Positions 11,668-22,074 of a DNA stretch of 64,000 bases are shown here, piece by piece. The position numbers and the translations under genes were made by a program. Under the pieces are notes generated by a model. It was not told the origin of the DNA. It made no database searches and worked only from the letters and a program-made list of their open reading frames with translations. How positions within the stretch are numbered: the first letter of the stretch is position 1; each line of letters opens with the position of its first letter. The DNA is from Desulfosoma sp. (GTDB taxonomy: Bacteria > Desulfobacterota > Syntrophobacteria > Syntrophobacterales > DSM-9756), in the NCBI GenBank assembly GCA_037481835.1, contig JBBFKW010000010.1:96001-160000 (forward strand), given 5' to 3'.

Positions 11668-12921
11668 ATGGCCTTGGTGGTGCAAAAATACGGCGGAACA
11701 TCCGTGGCCGACGTGGAACGCATCCGATCGGTGGCGCGGCGGGTGGTGGAACGCAAGAAGGCCGGAAACGACATGGTCGTGGTCCTTTCGGCCCGCGCCG
11801 GCGACACCGACCGATTGATCGCCTTGGCGCACGAGATGAGCCCCAATCCGGACCCACGGGAATTGGACGTGCTTCTGGCGACCGGAGAACAGGTGACCAT
11901 CGCCCTGTTCAGCATGGCCGTCAAAGACATGGGACTGGAAGCCGTCTCCATGACCGGCTATCAGGCGGGCATTATCACCGACCATCACTACGGGCATGCC
12001 CGGATCAGCTGGATCGAAACCTTGCCCATCACGGAAAAGCTCAACGAAGGAAAGATCGTGGTCGTGGCCGGCTTCCAAGGATACGACGACGAAGGCAACA
12101 TCACGACCTTGGGGCGCGGCGGATCGGACACCACGGCCGTCGCCCTCGCCGCGGCCCTCAAAGCCGACGCGTGCGAAATCTACACCGACGTGGAAGGCGT
12201 CTACACGACCGACCCCAACGTGTATTCCAAGGCTCGCAAGCTTCGACGCATCAGTTACGAAGAAATGCTGGAAATGGCGAGCATGGGCGCCAAAGTGCTC
12301 CACATCCGATCGGTGGAATTCGGCATGAAATACAACGTGCCCATATGGGTGCGCTCCTCTTTTACCGATGATCCCGGAACGCTTGTCACCCAGGAGGATG
12401 CCGATATGGAAAAGGTCGTGGTCTCAGGGATCACGTACAGCAAAAAAGAAGCTCGAGTCACCGTGACCGACGTGCCGGACGTGCCGGGGATGGCCTTCAG
12501 GTTGTTCGATCCCATCGCTCAAAACGGGATCAACGTGGACATGATCATTCAAGGAAGCAGCGCCGTGCCCGGTCGGGCCAACATCTCCTTTACCGTGCCC
12601 AAGGCCGATTACGAAAAGACCCTGGCCCTGGCGGAAAAGCTCTCCAAAGACATCGGGGCGGGCCATGTCCACGGCAACCCCAATATCGCCAAGGTGTCCG
12701 TCATCGGCGTCGGCATGCGCAGCCACACCGGGGTCGCCAGTGTGATGTTCCAGGCGCTGGCCAAGGAAAACATCAATATTCACATGATCAGCACGTCGGA
12801 GATCAAGATTTCGTGCGTCATCGACGAAAAATACACGGAACTGGCCGTTCGGGTGCTCCACGACGCCTTCGAGCTTCACAAGGACCCCCACAACGGCATT
12901 AAGATCAACGAAGAACGCTAA
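11668..12921 (+). CDS. lysC: Aspartate kinase
   Basis: VQKYGGTSV, TTLGRGGSDTTA, IYTDVEGVYTTDP, two ACT domains (ISTSEIKIS). Confidence 0.95.
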   Translation: MALVVQKYGGTSVADVERIRSVARRVVERKKAGNDMVVVLSARAGDTDRLIALAHEMSPNPDPRELDVLLATGEQVTIALFSMAVKDMGLEAVSMTGYQAGIITDHHYGHARISWIETLPITEKLNEGKIVVVAGFQGYDDEGNITTLGRGGSDTTAVALAAALKADACEIYTDVEGVYTTDPNVYSKARKLRRISYEEMLEMASMGAKVLHIRSVEFGMKYNVPIWVRSSFTDDPGTLVTQEDADMEKVVVSGITYSKKEARVTVTDVPDVPGMAFRLFDPIAQNGINVDMIIQGSSAVPGRANISFTVPKADYEKTLALAEKLSKDIGAGHVHGNPNIAKVSVIGVGMRSHTGVASVMFQALAKENINIHMISTSEIKISCVIDEKYTELAVRVLHDAFELHKDPHNGIKINEER

Positions 12922-12941
12922 CCCTCGCACGGACCGAACCC

Positions 12942-13466
12942 GTGGCGGCCCGCGGCCTTGTGATAGTGTTTACCGGAAACGGCAAGGGGAAAACCACGGC
13001 CGCCCTGGGGATGGTCCTGCGCGCCGCGGGCCATGACTTGCGAGTGCTGGTGCTGCAGTTCATCAAGGGGGCGTGGAGTCCCGGAGAGGAGGCCGCAGCG
13101 CGCCTCCTCCCCACCGTGGAATGGCAAACCCTGGGCAAAGGCTTCACCTGGCGCCGCGCCGACCCGGAAGAAGACTGCAGGCTAGCCTGGCAAGGTTGGC
13201 AAAAGGCCCTGGAGGCGCTCACCTCCGGCCGCTACGACCTCATCATCCTCGATGAGCTCAACGTCGCCCTGGACCACGGCTTCCTGGAGCTGGATTCCGT
13301 CCTGCAGGGTTTGGCTCAAAGGGCCCCCCACTGTCACGTGGTCATCACCGGCCGAAACGCTCCCGCGGCGCTTTGCGCCGCAGCCGATTGCGTCACAGAA
13401 ATGGTCGCCGTAAAGCACCACTATAGGGACCAGGGCATAAAGGCTCAGCGGGGCGTGGAATTCTAA
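12942..13466 (+). CDS. cobO: Cob(I)yrinic acid a,c-diamide adenosyltransferase (CobO/BtuR)
   Basis: FTGNGKGKTTAALG, QFIKG, LDE, VITGR, terminal GVEF. Confidence 0.92.
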   Translation: MAARGLVIVFTGNGKGKTTAALGMVLRAAGHDLRVLVLQFIKGAWSPGEEAAARLLPTVEWQTLGKGFTWRRADPEEDCRLAWQGWQKALEALTSGRYDLIILDELNVALDHGFLELDSVLQGLAQRAPHCHVVITGRNAPAALCAAADCVTEMVAVKHHYRDQGIKAQRGVEF

Positions 13467-13471
13467 CTGAT

Positions 13472-14275
13472 TCAAGCCAGCCTCAAAATCTCCCCCGACT
13501 CCGGAACCACCACCTCCACATCGCGGCATGCTCCGACAATCTGCTCAATGTCCCGCCATTGGGTTCGGCGCACATCTCTTTGGATGTGCACGAGAGCCAG
13601 CCGCCGCACGCCGGCAGCCCCGGCCCATCGAAGGCAGCCCTGGACCGTGCCGTGACCGTGGATGCCGTCGTTCCCGTTGACCGCAAAGGCTTCGTGAACG
13701 GCGCACTCACAGCCTCGGGCCAGGTTTTCCGTTTCGGCCGTCGGGCGCCCGTCCCCACTGTAAAAAAGGCTCCACGAAGGCCCATCGATGCGCACACTGA
13801 GGTTTTTCTGGCCGTGCTCCGTCTGGGCCGCCCGCCAGAGGGTTCCGCGGACTTCTTTGGCATCCCCGGCATCCAGCACCACCTCCTCCAAAGGAAAGGT
13901 GAGTTTGCCGGCAAAGCCGGGATAGGCCAGGTCCAGAGCACGAAGAACGGTATCCATCCCGCCGGGCTGGGAGACGATGATCAGGGGTTTGAGCCTTTTC
14001 ATTTCCCAGAAACGCAGGAGCAACAGAGGGACCCCGAAGAAATGATCCCCATGGAAATGGGACACCCACAGCACGTCAAGCGCGTCGGGATCCGCGCAGG
14101 CTTGAAAATACCGATGCGTCGCCGAAAACCCGCAATCCAAAAGGATCTGGATCGGTGCAGCATCGCCGCCTTCATCCCCCTCGATCAAGAGACTCGTATT
14201 GGGCTGGGTTTCGTCACAGGCTTCCCCCACACCGAGAAACCGCACGGTTGTCGATCTTTTCCGCTCGCTTTCCAT
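13472..14275 (-). CDS. Metallo-beta-lactamase fold hydrolase (RNase Z-like)
   Basis: LLDCG, SHFHGDH, YSGD, HEA motifs. Confidence 0.85.
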   Translation of the reverse strand: MESERKRSTTVRFLGVGEACDETQPNTSLLIEGDEGGDAAPIQILLDCGFSATHRYFQACADPDALDVLWVSHFHGDHFFGVPLLLLRFWEMKRLKPLIIVSQPGGMDTVLRALDLAYPGFAGKLTFPLEEVVLDAGDAKEVRGTLWRAAQTEHGQKNLSVRIDGPSWSLFYSGDGRPTAETENLARGCECAVHEAFAVNGNDGIHGHGTVQGCLRWAGAAGVRRLALVHIQRDVRRTQWRDIEQIVGACRDVEVVVPESGEILRLA

Positions 14276-14375
14276 GAACCGCCACCTCCTGTCTTGACCA
14301 ACCTTTCCCTCGCTCTGTATGATGCGCCGACGTTTTGAGGTCAATGCAAAAGCTACCCGAGAGAGGACAGACACC

Positions 14376-14954
14376 ATGGGTGCCACACTGACGGCAGGCG
14401 ATTTGAGAAAAGGCTTGAAATTGGAAATCGACGGGGAACCGTACCTCATCGTGGACTTCGAATTTTCCAAGCCCGGAAAAGGCCAGGCCCTGTATCGGTG
14501 CCGGCTGCGCAACATGATCACCGGAACCCAATTCGACCGCACTTATCGGTCGGGCGATAAATTCCTGGCGGCGGACCTGGACGAGCAGGAAATGGAGTTT
14601 CTCTACAAAGAAGGCAATCGCTACCATTTCATGAACACCTCCACCTACGAACAGGTGGAACTGGCCGAAGAATCCGTCGGGGAGGCCAAAAACTTTCTCA
14701 CCGAAAACCTGCACGTGGACATGCTCTTTTTCAAGGGATCCCCCATCGGCATTTCGCTGCCCAACTTCGTGGAACTCAAGGTGATCAAGTCCGATCCCGG
14801 CGTCAAAGGCGATACGGCTTCCGGAGCCACCAAGCCGGTCACCCTGGAAACGGGCTACGAAATCCAGGTGCCCTTGTTCATCGAAGAAGGCGATGTCCTG
14901 AAGCTGGACACCCGCACGGGGACCTACGTGGAACGGGTGAAGACCTCCGCCTGA
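14376..14954 (+). CDS. efp: Elongation factor P
   Basis: KPGKGQA loop (Lys-type), PGVKGDT, VPLFI, DTRTG. Confidence 0.97.
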   Translation: MGATLTAGDLRKGLKLEIDGEPYLIVDFEFSKPGKGQALYRCRLRNMITGTQFDRTYRSGDKFLAADLDEQEMEFLYKEGNRYHFMNTSTYEQVELAEESVGEAKNFLTENLHVDMLFFKGSPIGISLPNFVELKVIKSDPGVKGDTASGATKPVTLETGYEIQVPLFIEEGDVLKLDTRTGTYVERVKTSA

Positions 14955-15883
14955 TGAGCCGCCGGGATGTTCTTTCCGCCAAACGCTGGAGACTGGAAAT
15001 GAGAAGCCGCATCCTCCACGGAATGCGGCTTTTCTTCGTGGATCGGGGCTTCATGGAAGTGCAGACCCCCGTGCGCACCCCGGCCCCCGCTCCCGAACGC
15101 CATATCGACGCCGTGCGCTCCGAGGGCTGGTATTTGCAAACCAGCCCGGAGCTTTACATGAAGCGGCTTCTTGCGGCCGGCTACGAGAAGATTTTCCAAA
15201 TCTGCCCCGTCTTCCGGAAGGGGGAACGAGGTCGCCGCCACCATCCCGAATTCACCCTTCTCGAATGGTACCGACTGGGCTCGGACTACGAGGCGCTCAA
15301 GGCGGACTGCCTGGAGCTCTTGCAGGCCGTCTGCGCTCATGTCGGCCGATACCCCCGCTTCCCTTTCGGCCCTCATTGGCTGACTGTGCTCCCGCCGTGG
15401 GAGCATTGGACGGTGAGGGACATCTTCCTGGATCGTGCCGGCTGGGATCCCTTGAAAAATTACGATCCAGATCGATTCACGGAAGATCTCGTGGAAAAAA
15501 TCGAGCCTACCCTGGGCTTTCCCGCTCCGGCCTTTCTTTCCGACTATCCGCCCGAGGAAGCGGCCTTGGCGAAACTCCGCCCCCATCAGGCCGTCAAGGT
15601 CGCCGAACGGTTTGAACTCTACTGGGCGGGCATCGAATTGGCCAACGGCTTTTCCGAATTGACCGACCGGAAGGAACAGGAAGAACGCTTTCGAGAATGC
15701 CTCGCCCGGCGCCAAGAAGAAGGTCGAGACGTCTATCCCTGGCCCCTTCGGTTCTTGGAAAGCCTGGACGATTTGGAATCCGCCGCCGGCATCGCTTTGG
15801 GCGTCGACCGCCTGGTGATGCTCCTAACCGATGCCTCGTCCCTGGACGATGTGACGGCTTTCGAACCCGAGCATGAACCGTAA
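14954..15883 (+). CDS. epmA: EF-P lysine aminoacylase EpmA (GenX/PoxA)
   Basis: YLQTSPELYMKRLL, HHPEFTLLEWY, ERFELY, ELANGFSELTD; no anticodon-binding domain; overlaps efp stop. Confidence 0.93.
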   Translation: MSRRDVLSAKRWRLEMRSRILHGMRLFFVDRGFMEVQTPVRTPAPAPERHIDAVRSEGWYLQTSPELYMKRLLAAGYEKIFQICPVFRKGERGRRHHPEFTLLEWYRLGSDYEALKADCLELLQAVCAHVGRYPRFPFGPHWLTVLPPWEHWTVRDIFLDRAGWDPLKNYDPDRFTEDLVEKIEPTLGFPAPAFLSDYPPEEAALAKLRPHQAVKVAERFELYWAGIELANGFSELTDRKEQEERFRECLARRQEEGRDVYPWPLRFLESLDDLESAAGIALGVDRLVMLLTDASSLDDVTAFEPEHEP

Positions 15884-15886
15884 GCC

Positions 15887-17101
15887 TCAGGATTCCTTCG
15901 CCCCTTCGCCGTAATAGGCCACAGCCGCAAAAGTCACGAAAGAGCCTTGACGATCCACCACGGCATGGTCGTGATGAAGCACCCGCCCTCGGGCTTTGCC
16001 GCGAAGTACGCGGCTGAGCACGTAAAGCGGGGGCACGCCGCACACTTTGCGGGCGTTGCCGTCTTTGAGGATTTCAGCCATGAACGCGTCCGGGTCCGGG
16101 GCTTCCAGGGCGGCGAGAAGTTTTCGGTCCGCATCCAAATGCTCTTGGACCGTCAGGCGATTGGGCAGAAAATCATCGCCGTATCGAGGGCCGATATGGG
16201 CCAGGTCCACGCTCGCCAAAACCCCCACGGAGGTCCCGGATCGGTCCAAAACTTCCCGAAGCGCATCGCAAAACCCATCGATGGCCGCGTGGTGCGATTG
16301 CCAGTCCTCCACGCCGAACGAGCACAAAACGGGCACAATCCGAGCCGTCGGCTGCACGGACGCAAGAAACACCGCTTGAAACTCTATGGTGTGTTCCCGA
16401 CTGTGCGCATATTCTCCGGCACACACATCCTGAGGCGCCCGCCGGGCGATTTCTTGGGCCATCTGCCGATCGCACGGCACAAGGCCGAGAGGGGTTTCGA
16501 AATCTTTGAAGGTGAGGGCAAAAAAGTTTTCGATGGGTTCGTGGCCCGTTCCCACAATGACCCAGACAGCCGGCGGAACCGTTTCCCGAAGCGCCCTGTA
16601 GGCGCACCCAAAGGTGGCCGCACCCGCCCGAATGTCAATGTGCGGGGCGACCAGGCCCATGAGGGGGCACGATTCTTTTTGGTTTCGGGGCTCGGGGGTG
16701 ATGAGGGCGTCCAAGAATGCACGCAAATCCTCAGGTTTTTCCGGATAACTCTTTCCCGCATGGCGCATCCGCCTCACGGGATCCTCTCGGAACCTTTGGA
16801 CCTCCCGCTGCACATGGTCCGCGTAACGGGCATTGTCGAGAAAGAGATTTTCGTCCAGGACGCGGATCACTTCCTCGATCTGCTCGCTGTAGATGAGGTG
16901 CCCGGTTCGACGCAGGAAAAACGCCTGGATGTCCCGCACGGAATGCCGTCCATCCATGAGCGCCAGGAATGGGGCGAAGTCGGCGTTGAGGATCACATGA
17001 TTCTCGTTGTAACCGAGACGGTCCCTTAACAGGATGTACGGGCGCCCCTCATGGTGGATCGGCACGGCTTCCAAGCCATAACGCAGTTTCGGGTGTTCCA
17101 T
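15887..17101 (-). CDS. MEMO1 family protein (AmmeMemoRadiSam system protein B) with N-terminal extension
   Basis: AGKSYP, VAPHID, FETPLG, EHTIEFQ, SVDLAHIG, VCG motifs. Confidence 0.88.
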   Translation of the reverse strand: MEHPKLRYGLEAVPIHHEGRPYILLRDRLGYNENHVILNADFAPFLALMDGRHSVRDIQAFFLRRTGHLIYSEQIEEVIRVLDENLFLDNARYADHVQREVQRFREDPVRRMRHAGKSYPEKPEDLRAFLDALITPEPRNQKESCPLMGLVAPHIDIRAGAATFGCAYRALRETVPPAVWVIVGTGHEPIENFFALTFKDFETPLGLVPCDRQMAQEIARRAPQDVCAGEYAHSREHTIEFQAVFLASVQPTARIVPVLCSFGVEDWQSHHAAIDGFCDALREVLDRSGTSVGVLASVDLAHIGPRYGDDFLPNRLTVQEHLDADRKLLAALEAPDPDAFMAEILKDGNARKVCGVPPLYVLSRVLRGKARGRVLHHDHAVVDRQGSFVTFAAVAYYGEGAKES

Positions 17102-17203
17102 CGACTCTGCCTCGACGTTGACGGTCCCATGCAAATGTGATACGTGACAACGTCCATAGCTCCCGGATCGAAACATCTCTCGCGCTCGAAGGACAAAGCC
17201 TCC

Positions 17204-18904
17204 ATGCGGCACGCACCGAAGACATGCACCGCCTTATTTTTCCTTCTGTTCATGAGTTCCTGCAGCACCCTGGGTTTACGGACCGGCCCTTCGGCCCCCG
17301 GACCGGAACTGCCCAAGTCTCAAGCGTACGCCGCTTACCTGTTAGCCCAATACTACCTTCGGGTCAACGAGCCGGAAGAGGCTATCAAAGCCTATCGAAA
17401 GGCTTTGGAAATCGACCCCGAAGATCCCACCATCCTCACGGACCTCGCCGTCCTGTACGTGCGTCAGGGCAATGTGCAGGAAGCACTTAATCTTGCTGAA
17501 AAGGCCGCTGAAGTCGACCCCAAATGCGAAAACGCCTTCCTGCTCCTGGGGAGGCTCTACGCCGGCACCGGCAACAATGCCAAGGCCATCAAAGCCTACC
17601 AGTCGGTCATCTCCATCAACCCGTCCAACCACGATGCCTATCTTTTGCTGGGAACCCTGTACGCGCAGGAAAACCGATTCCGCGAAGCCCTGGAGGCCCT
17701 GGAACATCTCAAAGCCCTCTTGCCCGACAACCCCCTGGCCTCCTATTACAAGGCCCGCATCTTTCTCGACATGAAATTCTACGAGCAAGCGGAAGCAGCC
17801 TACCAGGAAGTGCTGCAAATCAACCCGTTTTTCGATAGGGCCATGTTGGATCTGGCCTATATCTATGAAGTCACCGAGCGGTTTTCGGAAGCGGAAGCCA
17901 CCTATCTTCGGCTGCTGGAAATCAACCCTGGCCATGTCCAGGCGCGAAACCGGCTGAGCAACCTCTACATCCGCCAAAAGCTCTACGATAAGGCCTTGGA
18001 GCACCTGCGCATCCTATCCCAACAGGATGCCGAAGACCTGGAAGCGCGCCTCAAGATCGGCATCATCCACCTCCAACAGCGCAAGTACCAGGAAGCCATC
18101 TCCGATTTTCAGGCCCTGTTGAAGGATCGGCCGCAATACGACCAAGCTCTCTATTATCTGGCCACGTCTTACGAAGAAAAGGGCGAGCGCTCCGATCTGG
18201 AACAGGCCGTCGTCAACCTGCGGCTCATTCCCGAAAGCAGCCCCTTGTGGGATCCGGCCCAAATGCGCCTCGGTGTTCTCTTTTCCAAGCTGAATGACCA
18301 CAAGTCCGGGATTCAGTGTTTGGAAAAGGCCATCGCCCTGAAACCGAAGGTCATCGATTTCTACCTCTACCTGGCGTTTCTCTATGAAGAAGTCAAAGAC
18401 TTCGCCAAAGCTCTGGAGACCTTGAACGCCGGCATGGCCGTTGGCGGCGAAACGGTGACGTTGCTTTTCCGCAAGGGCATCGTGCTCGACCGCATGGATC
18501 GCAAGGAAGAAGCCCTGGAGGTCATGAAAAAGATCCTCACACTGGAAAAAGACCATGCGGGGGCTCTCAACTACGTGGGCTACACCTATGCGGACAAGGG
18601 AATCCATCTGGACGAAGCCAAGGAACTCATCGAGCGCGCTCTGCAGAAAGAGCCCGAAGACGGCTACATCATGGACAGCCTGGCGTGGGTTTACTACCGA
18701 CAGGGCAATTACATCAAGGCGTTGGAAGTGATGCGCAAGGCCCTGGAAATCGTGCCCGACGATCCCGTCATTTTGGAACACTACGGCGATATCCTGCAGG
18801 CTTTGGGCCGCTTGGAAGAAGCTCGCAAAGCCTACGAAAAGGCCCTGGAAAAGGGGCATGAAAAGCCCGATACAATCCAGGAAAAGATCCAGCGGGTGCG
18901 ATGA
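17204..18904 (+). CDS. Tetratricopeptide repeat lipoprotein
   Basis: Lipobox MSSC; many TPRs; C-terminal ALNYVGYTYAD...DSLAWVYY...EHYGD. Confidence 0.9.
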   Translation: MRHAPKTCTALFFLLFMSSCSTLGLRTGPSAPGPELPKSQAYAAYLLAQYYLRVNEPEEAIKAYRKALEIDPEDPTILTDLAVLYVRQGNVQEALNLAEKAAEVDPKCENAFLLLGRLYAGTGNNAKAIKAYQSVISINPSNHDAYLLLGTLYAQENRFREALEALEHLKALLPDNPLASYYKARIFLDMKFYEQAEAAYQEVLQINPFFDRAMLDLAYIYEVTERFSEAEATYLRLLEINPGHVQARNRLSNLYIRQKLYDKALEHLRILSQQDAEDLEARLKIGIIHLQQRKYQEAISDFQALLKDRPQYDQALYYLATSYEEKGERSDLEQAVVNLRLIPESSPLWDPAQMRLGVLFSKLNDHKSGIQCLEKAIALKPKVIDFYLYLAFLYEEVKDFAKALETLNAGMAVGGETVTLLFRKGIVLDRMDRKEEALEVMKKILTLEKDHAGALNYVGYTYADKGIHLDEAKELIERALQKEPEDGYIMDSLAWVYYRQGNYIKALEVMRKALEIVPDDPVILEHYGDILQALGRLEEARKAYEKALEKGHEKPDTIQEKIQRVR

Positions 18905-19704
18905 AACGCCTCGCCCGAATCCTGTCCTGTGCGCTCCTGTGCACGGCGCCCTTTATCCTGTCCTCGTGCGTCCCGGCTCGGGCCCCGATGCCCGGACGGG
19001 AGGGCGTGGCCGCGGCCTGGGACTCCCAGCGGTGGAGCCGCAGCCTCCTTGGCCGCTTCGACCGGTGGCAACGATTCCAAGCCGTCTATCAAGCCAAATG
19101 GACGGATTCCATGGAACGGGTCTGGCGTGCCAAAGCCCTCGTCACCGCCCATTTGCCCGACAAGATGCGCATCGAGATCCTAAACTCCTGGGGACAGATC
19201 CAAGGGCTTTTCGTCCTCAGAGAACCGTCGGCCTCTCTGTGGCTCGTCGGGGAAAAGAGCCTGTATCGATCGCGGCGCAGCGCCGCCCTCTTGGAAAAAC
19301 TCGTGGGCATCGAATTGCCGGGCACGGAATTGGCCCCCATTCTCGTGGGCTTACCCCCCAAGGAGATCCTTGACGGAGCCCCGGCGCGTCGGCTTCGAGA
19401 CGGCACGGTCGTCTTCGGTGAGGCGAACCTCCGGGAGGGCTTTTCGCGCCGGTATGGTCTTTGTCCCGATATGGAGCGCATCTGCAGCATGGAATTCGAC
19501 CTTGCGGGAGCGCCTCTTTCCATTCTCTTGCAATACGACACGCAGGGGGAGATTCGAGAAGTCCCGTCCTCGGTCACCTTCCGAAGCGAGGCGGGTACCG
19601 TGGAACTCACCCGCACCCTCGTGACGCGTCCTGCCAACATCGCTTCGGAAACCTTCGATCCTCCTCCCCTCGGCGACACCGTCCGAATCGTGGAAATCCC
19701 CTGA
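18901..19704 (+). CDS. Lipoprotein, probable LolB/DUF4292-like
   Basis: Lipobox LSSC; overlaps the TPR gene stop; position matches the TPR-LolB arrangement. Confidence 0.55.
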   Translation: MKRLARILSCALLCTAPFILSSCVPARAPMPGREGVAAAWDSQRWSRSLLGRFDRWQRFQAVYQAKWTDSMERVWRAKALVTAHLPDKMRIEILNSWGQIQGLFVLREPSASLWLVGEKSLYRSRRSAALLEKLVGIELPGTELAPILVGLPPKEILDGAPARRLRDGTVVFGEANLREGFSRRYGLCPDMERICSMEFDLAGAPLSILLQYDTQGEIREVPSSVTFRSEAGTVELTRTLVTRPANIASETFDPPPLGDTVRIVEIP

Positions 19705-19728
19705 CCTCACGCGGCAGGAGGAGCCTCC

Positions 19729-20229
19729 ATGGAGCCTCAGGCACGGTTTTTTGTTGATCGCATGCTCGGAAAGGTGGCAAAATGGTTACGAATCCTCGGC
19801 TACGATGCGCGCTACGGATCCATCGAAACCGCCTCTCAGATCGAGACGCTGCATCGCGAGGGGATCGTCGTGGTGACCGGGAACACGCGATGGCGTCATC
19901 TCCCGGGCGTTTTTTTCTGTGAGCCCTTGCGCGTGGAAGAACAGTGTCGAAAGCTGGCACAAGCCGGCCTCATTCGCCGTGAAGAGGTCAGGCTTTTCAG
20001 CCGATGCCTTCGGTGCAATCGGCTCCTGGAAGAAGCCCCCAAGGAGGAGGTCGGCGGCGTCGTTCCGGACTACGTCTACGCCACGGCCCCGTCGTTTTGC
20101 CGCTGCCCTTCGTGCGGCCGCGCGTATTGGCCGGGATCTCATTGGGACAGAATGACGGAACGCTTTCGACGGATCACAGGCTGGAGTCTTGAGGACTTGA
20201 GCGAAAGGAGGACGGAATGGGCGGAGTGA
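19729..20229 (+). CDS. Mut7-C RNase domain protein
   Basis: FFVDRMLGKVAKWLRILGYD, RCLRCN, CPSCGRAYWPGSH. Confidence 0.9.
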   Translation: MEPQARFFVDRMLGKVAKWLRILGYDARYGSIETASQIETLHREGIVVVTGNTRWRHLPGVFFCEPLRVEEQCRKLAQAGLIRREEVRLFSRCLRCNRLLEEAPKEEVGGVVPDYVYATAPSFCRCPSCGRAYWPGSHWDRMTERFRRITGWSLEDLSERRTEWAE

Positions 20230-20618
20230 TCAACAACGTGATCGCCATGCTGACGAAGATGGGCTACTGGGCTCTGGAATATGCGACGATCGTCTACCAC
20301 TGGAAAATGAAAGTTTTCAGGACCCAAATGAAACGCCTTGCGGTAAGCAGGACACAGAAAAACCTGGCCAAAGCCTACAGCGGCCTCGGCGCCGTGGTCT
20401 ACGGCATGCTGAAAGAGGGCCAGGAGTCCCTCAAAGACGACCCCGCGGTCATGACCCAGATGCGCAACGTGGACGAAGCGGAAGCCAAGGTGAAGAGGAT
20501 CGACGAAGAGATCCAGGAAATCTGCGACGCCTACGAAGCGAAGAAAAGAGCCGTTCGAGAAACCTACGCGGCCAAAAGAAGCGCCGTGGGGGGACGGTCG
20601 GAAACGGAGGAGGCGTAG
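20217..20618 (+). CDS. Hypothetical coiled-coil protein
   Basis: AGGAGG RBS, host-like codon use, charged helical sequence. Confidence 0.7.
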   Translation: MGGVINNVIAMLTKMGYWALEYATIVYHWKMKVFRTQMKRLAVSRTQKNLAKAYSGLGAVVYGMLKEGQESLKDDPAVMTQMRNVDEAEAKVKRIDEEIQEICDAYEAKKRAVRETYAAKRSAVGGRSETEEA

Positions 20619-20696
20619 GTTCGTTTGAAACCGTGTGCCGGAGGGGGCTTGGGCCAGGGCCGAGGGGTCCCGCCGAGACGGGGGAAGGATGTTGGG

Positions 20697-20725
20697 TGTT
20701 GGGGTTCGCTGCGCTCACCCCAACC
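20697..20725. repeat. REP-like palindrome between convergent genes
   Basis: GTTGGGGTTCGCTGCGCTCACCCCAAC hairpin; related copy at 11541. Confidence 0.65.
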
Positions 20726-20815
20726 ACCGGGTTTGTTCAAGGATGGGGGCCGGTGCTTTAAAAGAGCCGCGACACGGCGCCTCACAACGCCCCAGGGAAA
20801 TCCTTCCTTCGCTTT

Positions 20816-21316
20816 TCACGTGCCGCAATCCGCCGGGTCGCCTTGGATCTTGGCCAAAGCGTGGGGAAGGGCTGGAAGGATCGCCTCCAGGTTTTCAAGA
20901 CATCCCTTGAGGCTTCCGGGAAGATTGACGATGAGGCTGTCGCCTCGGATGCCGGCCACGGCCCGGGAAAGCATGGCATGGGGGGTCTTCCTGAGGCTTT
21001 CCAACCGCATGGCTTCAGCCATCCCCGGAATGAGTCGGTCACACACCGCAACGGTCGCCTCGGGCGTCACATCCCTTGGGGAAACACCCGTCCCGCCAGT
21101 GGTCACCACGAGAGCCGCGCCGTGCTTTTCCACCGCTTCCAGAAGGGCCTCTTGAATCGCCGATTTTTCATCCGGCACGACCGTGCGCCACACCCCCGTG
21201 AAGCCTTCGGCATGGAGCCTTTCCCAGAGTTGGGCTCCGGAGACATCCTCCCGTTCCCCTCGACTCCCCTTGTCGCTCACCGTAACGACAGCCACTGTCT
21301 TGCGACACCGCTCCAC
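20816..21316 (-). CDS. mog: Molybdopterin adenylyltransferase (MogA/MoaB family)
   Basis: VTVSDKG, TTGGTGVSPRDVTPEAT, NLPGS; GAGGAGG RBS before GTG. Confidence 0.9.
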   Translation of the reverse strand: MERCRKTVAVVTVSDKGSRGEREDVSGAQLWERLHAEGFTGVWRTVVPDEKSAIQEALLEAVEKHGAALVVTTGGTGVSPRDVTPEATVAVCDRLIPGMAEAMRLESLRKTPHAMLSRAVAGIRGDSLIVNLPGSLKGCLENLEAILPALPHALAKIQGDPADCGT

Positions 21317-21336
21317 GGAAAACACCTCCTCGGCCT

Positions 21337-21795
21337 TCACCGCGGGCCGCGCTCCAATTGCCTGCGCGCCGCCTGAACGATAACGCTGGAAACCGATTTG
21401 CTCTTGGCGAGAATTTTCAAATCCTGGGGGTTCAACGTGGCAACCAATTTCAAGGCGATCCCCACGGGGGTTTTGGGGTTTTTCACCAAGGCCAAGCGGA
21501 CGGGATAGAGTTTGAACCATTCCCGGTTATCGGCGATTTTCCGAAGGGCCTCATCGCTGATGTTTCGGGAATTGGCGAACCCCGCCACTTCCGAGGAAGT
21601 GAGCTTGGGATTTTCCAAAACGGCAAGCTGGACGACCCGGTTGGGATCTTGCATGAGAAGCGTGCGGGCTTCCTGGCCGCCCGTCTGCGCCAGCTTGACG
21701 CGCTCGGGAACGGTCATCTTCTGGATTTTCACCGCCAGAGGAAGACGATCGACCTCGTCCTTCGGCGGCCTGTCTTTTTCCTGATCTTCCGTCAC
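21337..21795 (-). CDS. Conserved hypothetical protein (helical repeat)
   Basis: KIQKMTVPERVKLA...ARTLLMQDPN...VLENPKLT...LVKNPKTP; RBS before GTG. Confidence 0.75.
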   Translation of the reverse strand: MTEDQEKDRPPKDEVDRLPLAVKIQKMTVPERVKLAQTGGQEARTLLMQDPNRVVQLAVLENPKLTSSEVAGFANSRNISDEALRKIADNREWFKLYPVRLALVKNPKTPVGIALKLVATLNPQDLKILAKSKSVSSVIVQAARRQLERGPR

Positions 21796-22074
21796 CGATC
21801 TCCCCTCGGCCGAATCCCCAAAAAAAAGACTTTTCCCAAAACGCGGCGGATCTGATCCGTTTCTCATATATCCCGGCGATGCGGCTCATGAAAAGGAAAC
21901 TGCGGCAGGGAACGGCAAGAGGGCCGAATCCCTAAAGAAAGAGTTCGGCCCGCACGACGAGCGGGGCCCGAACCCGAAAGAGCACGTCCGTCCCGAAACG
22001 TTTCGGCGGGCACCCGTCCCCTTGGGTCGTGGGAACGGGAGCCCGCCGCACGGAGGAGCCGAAAAGGCTTAGGC

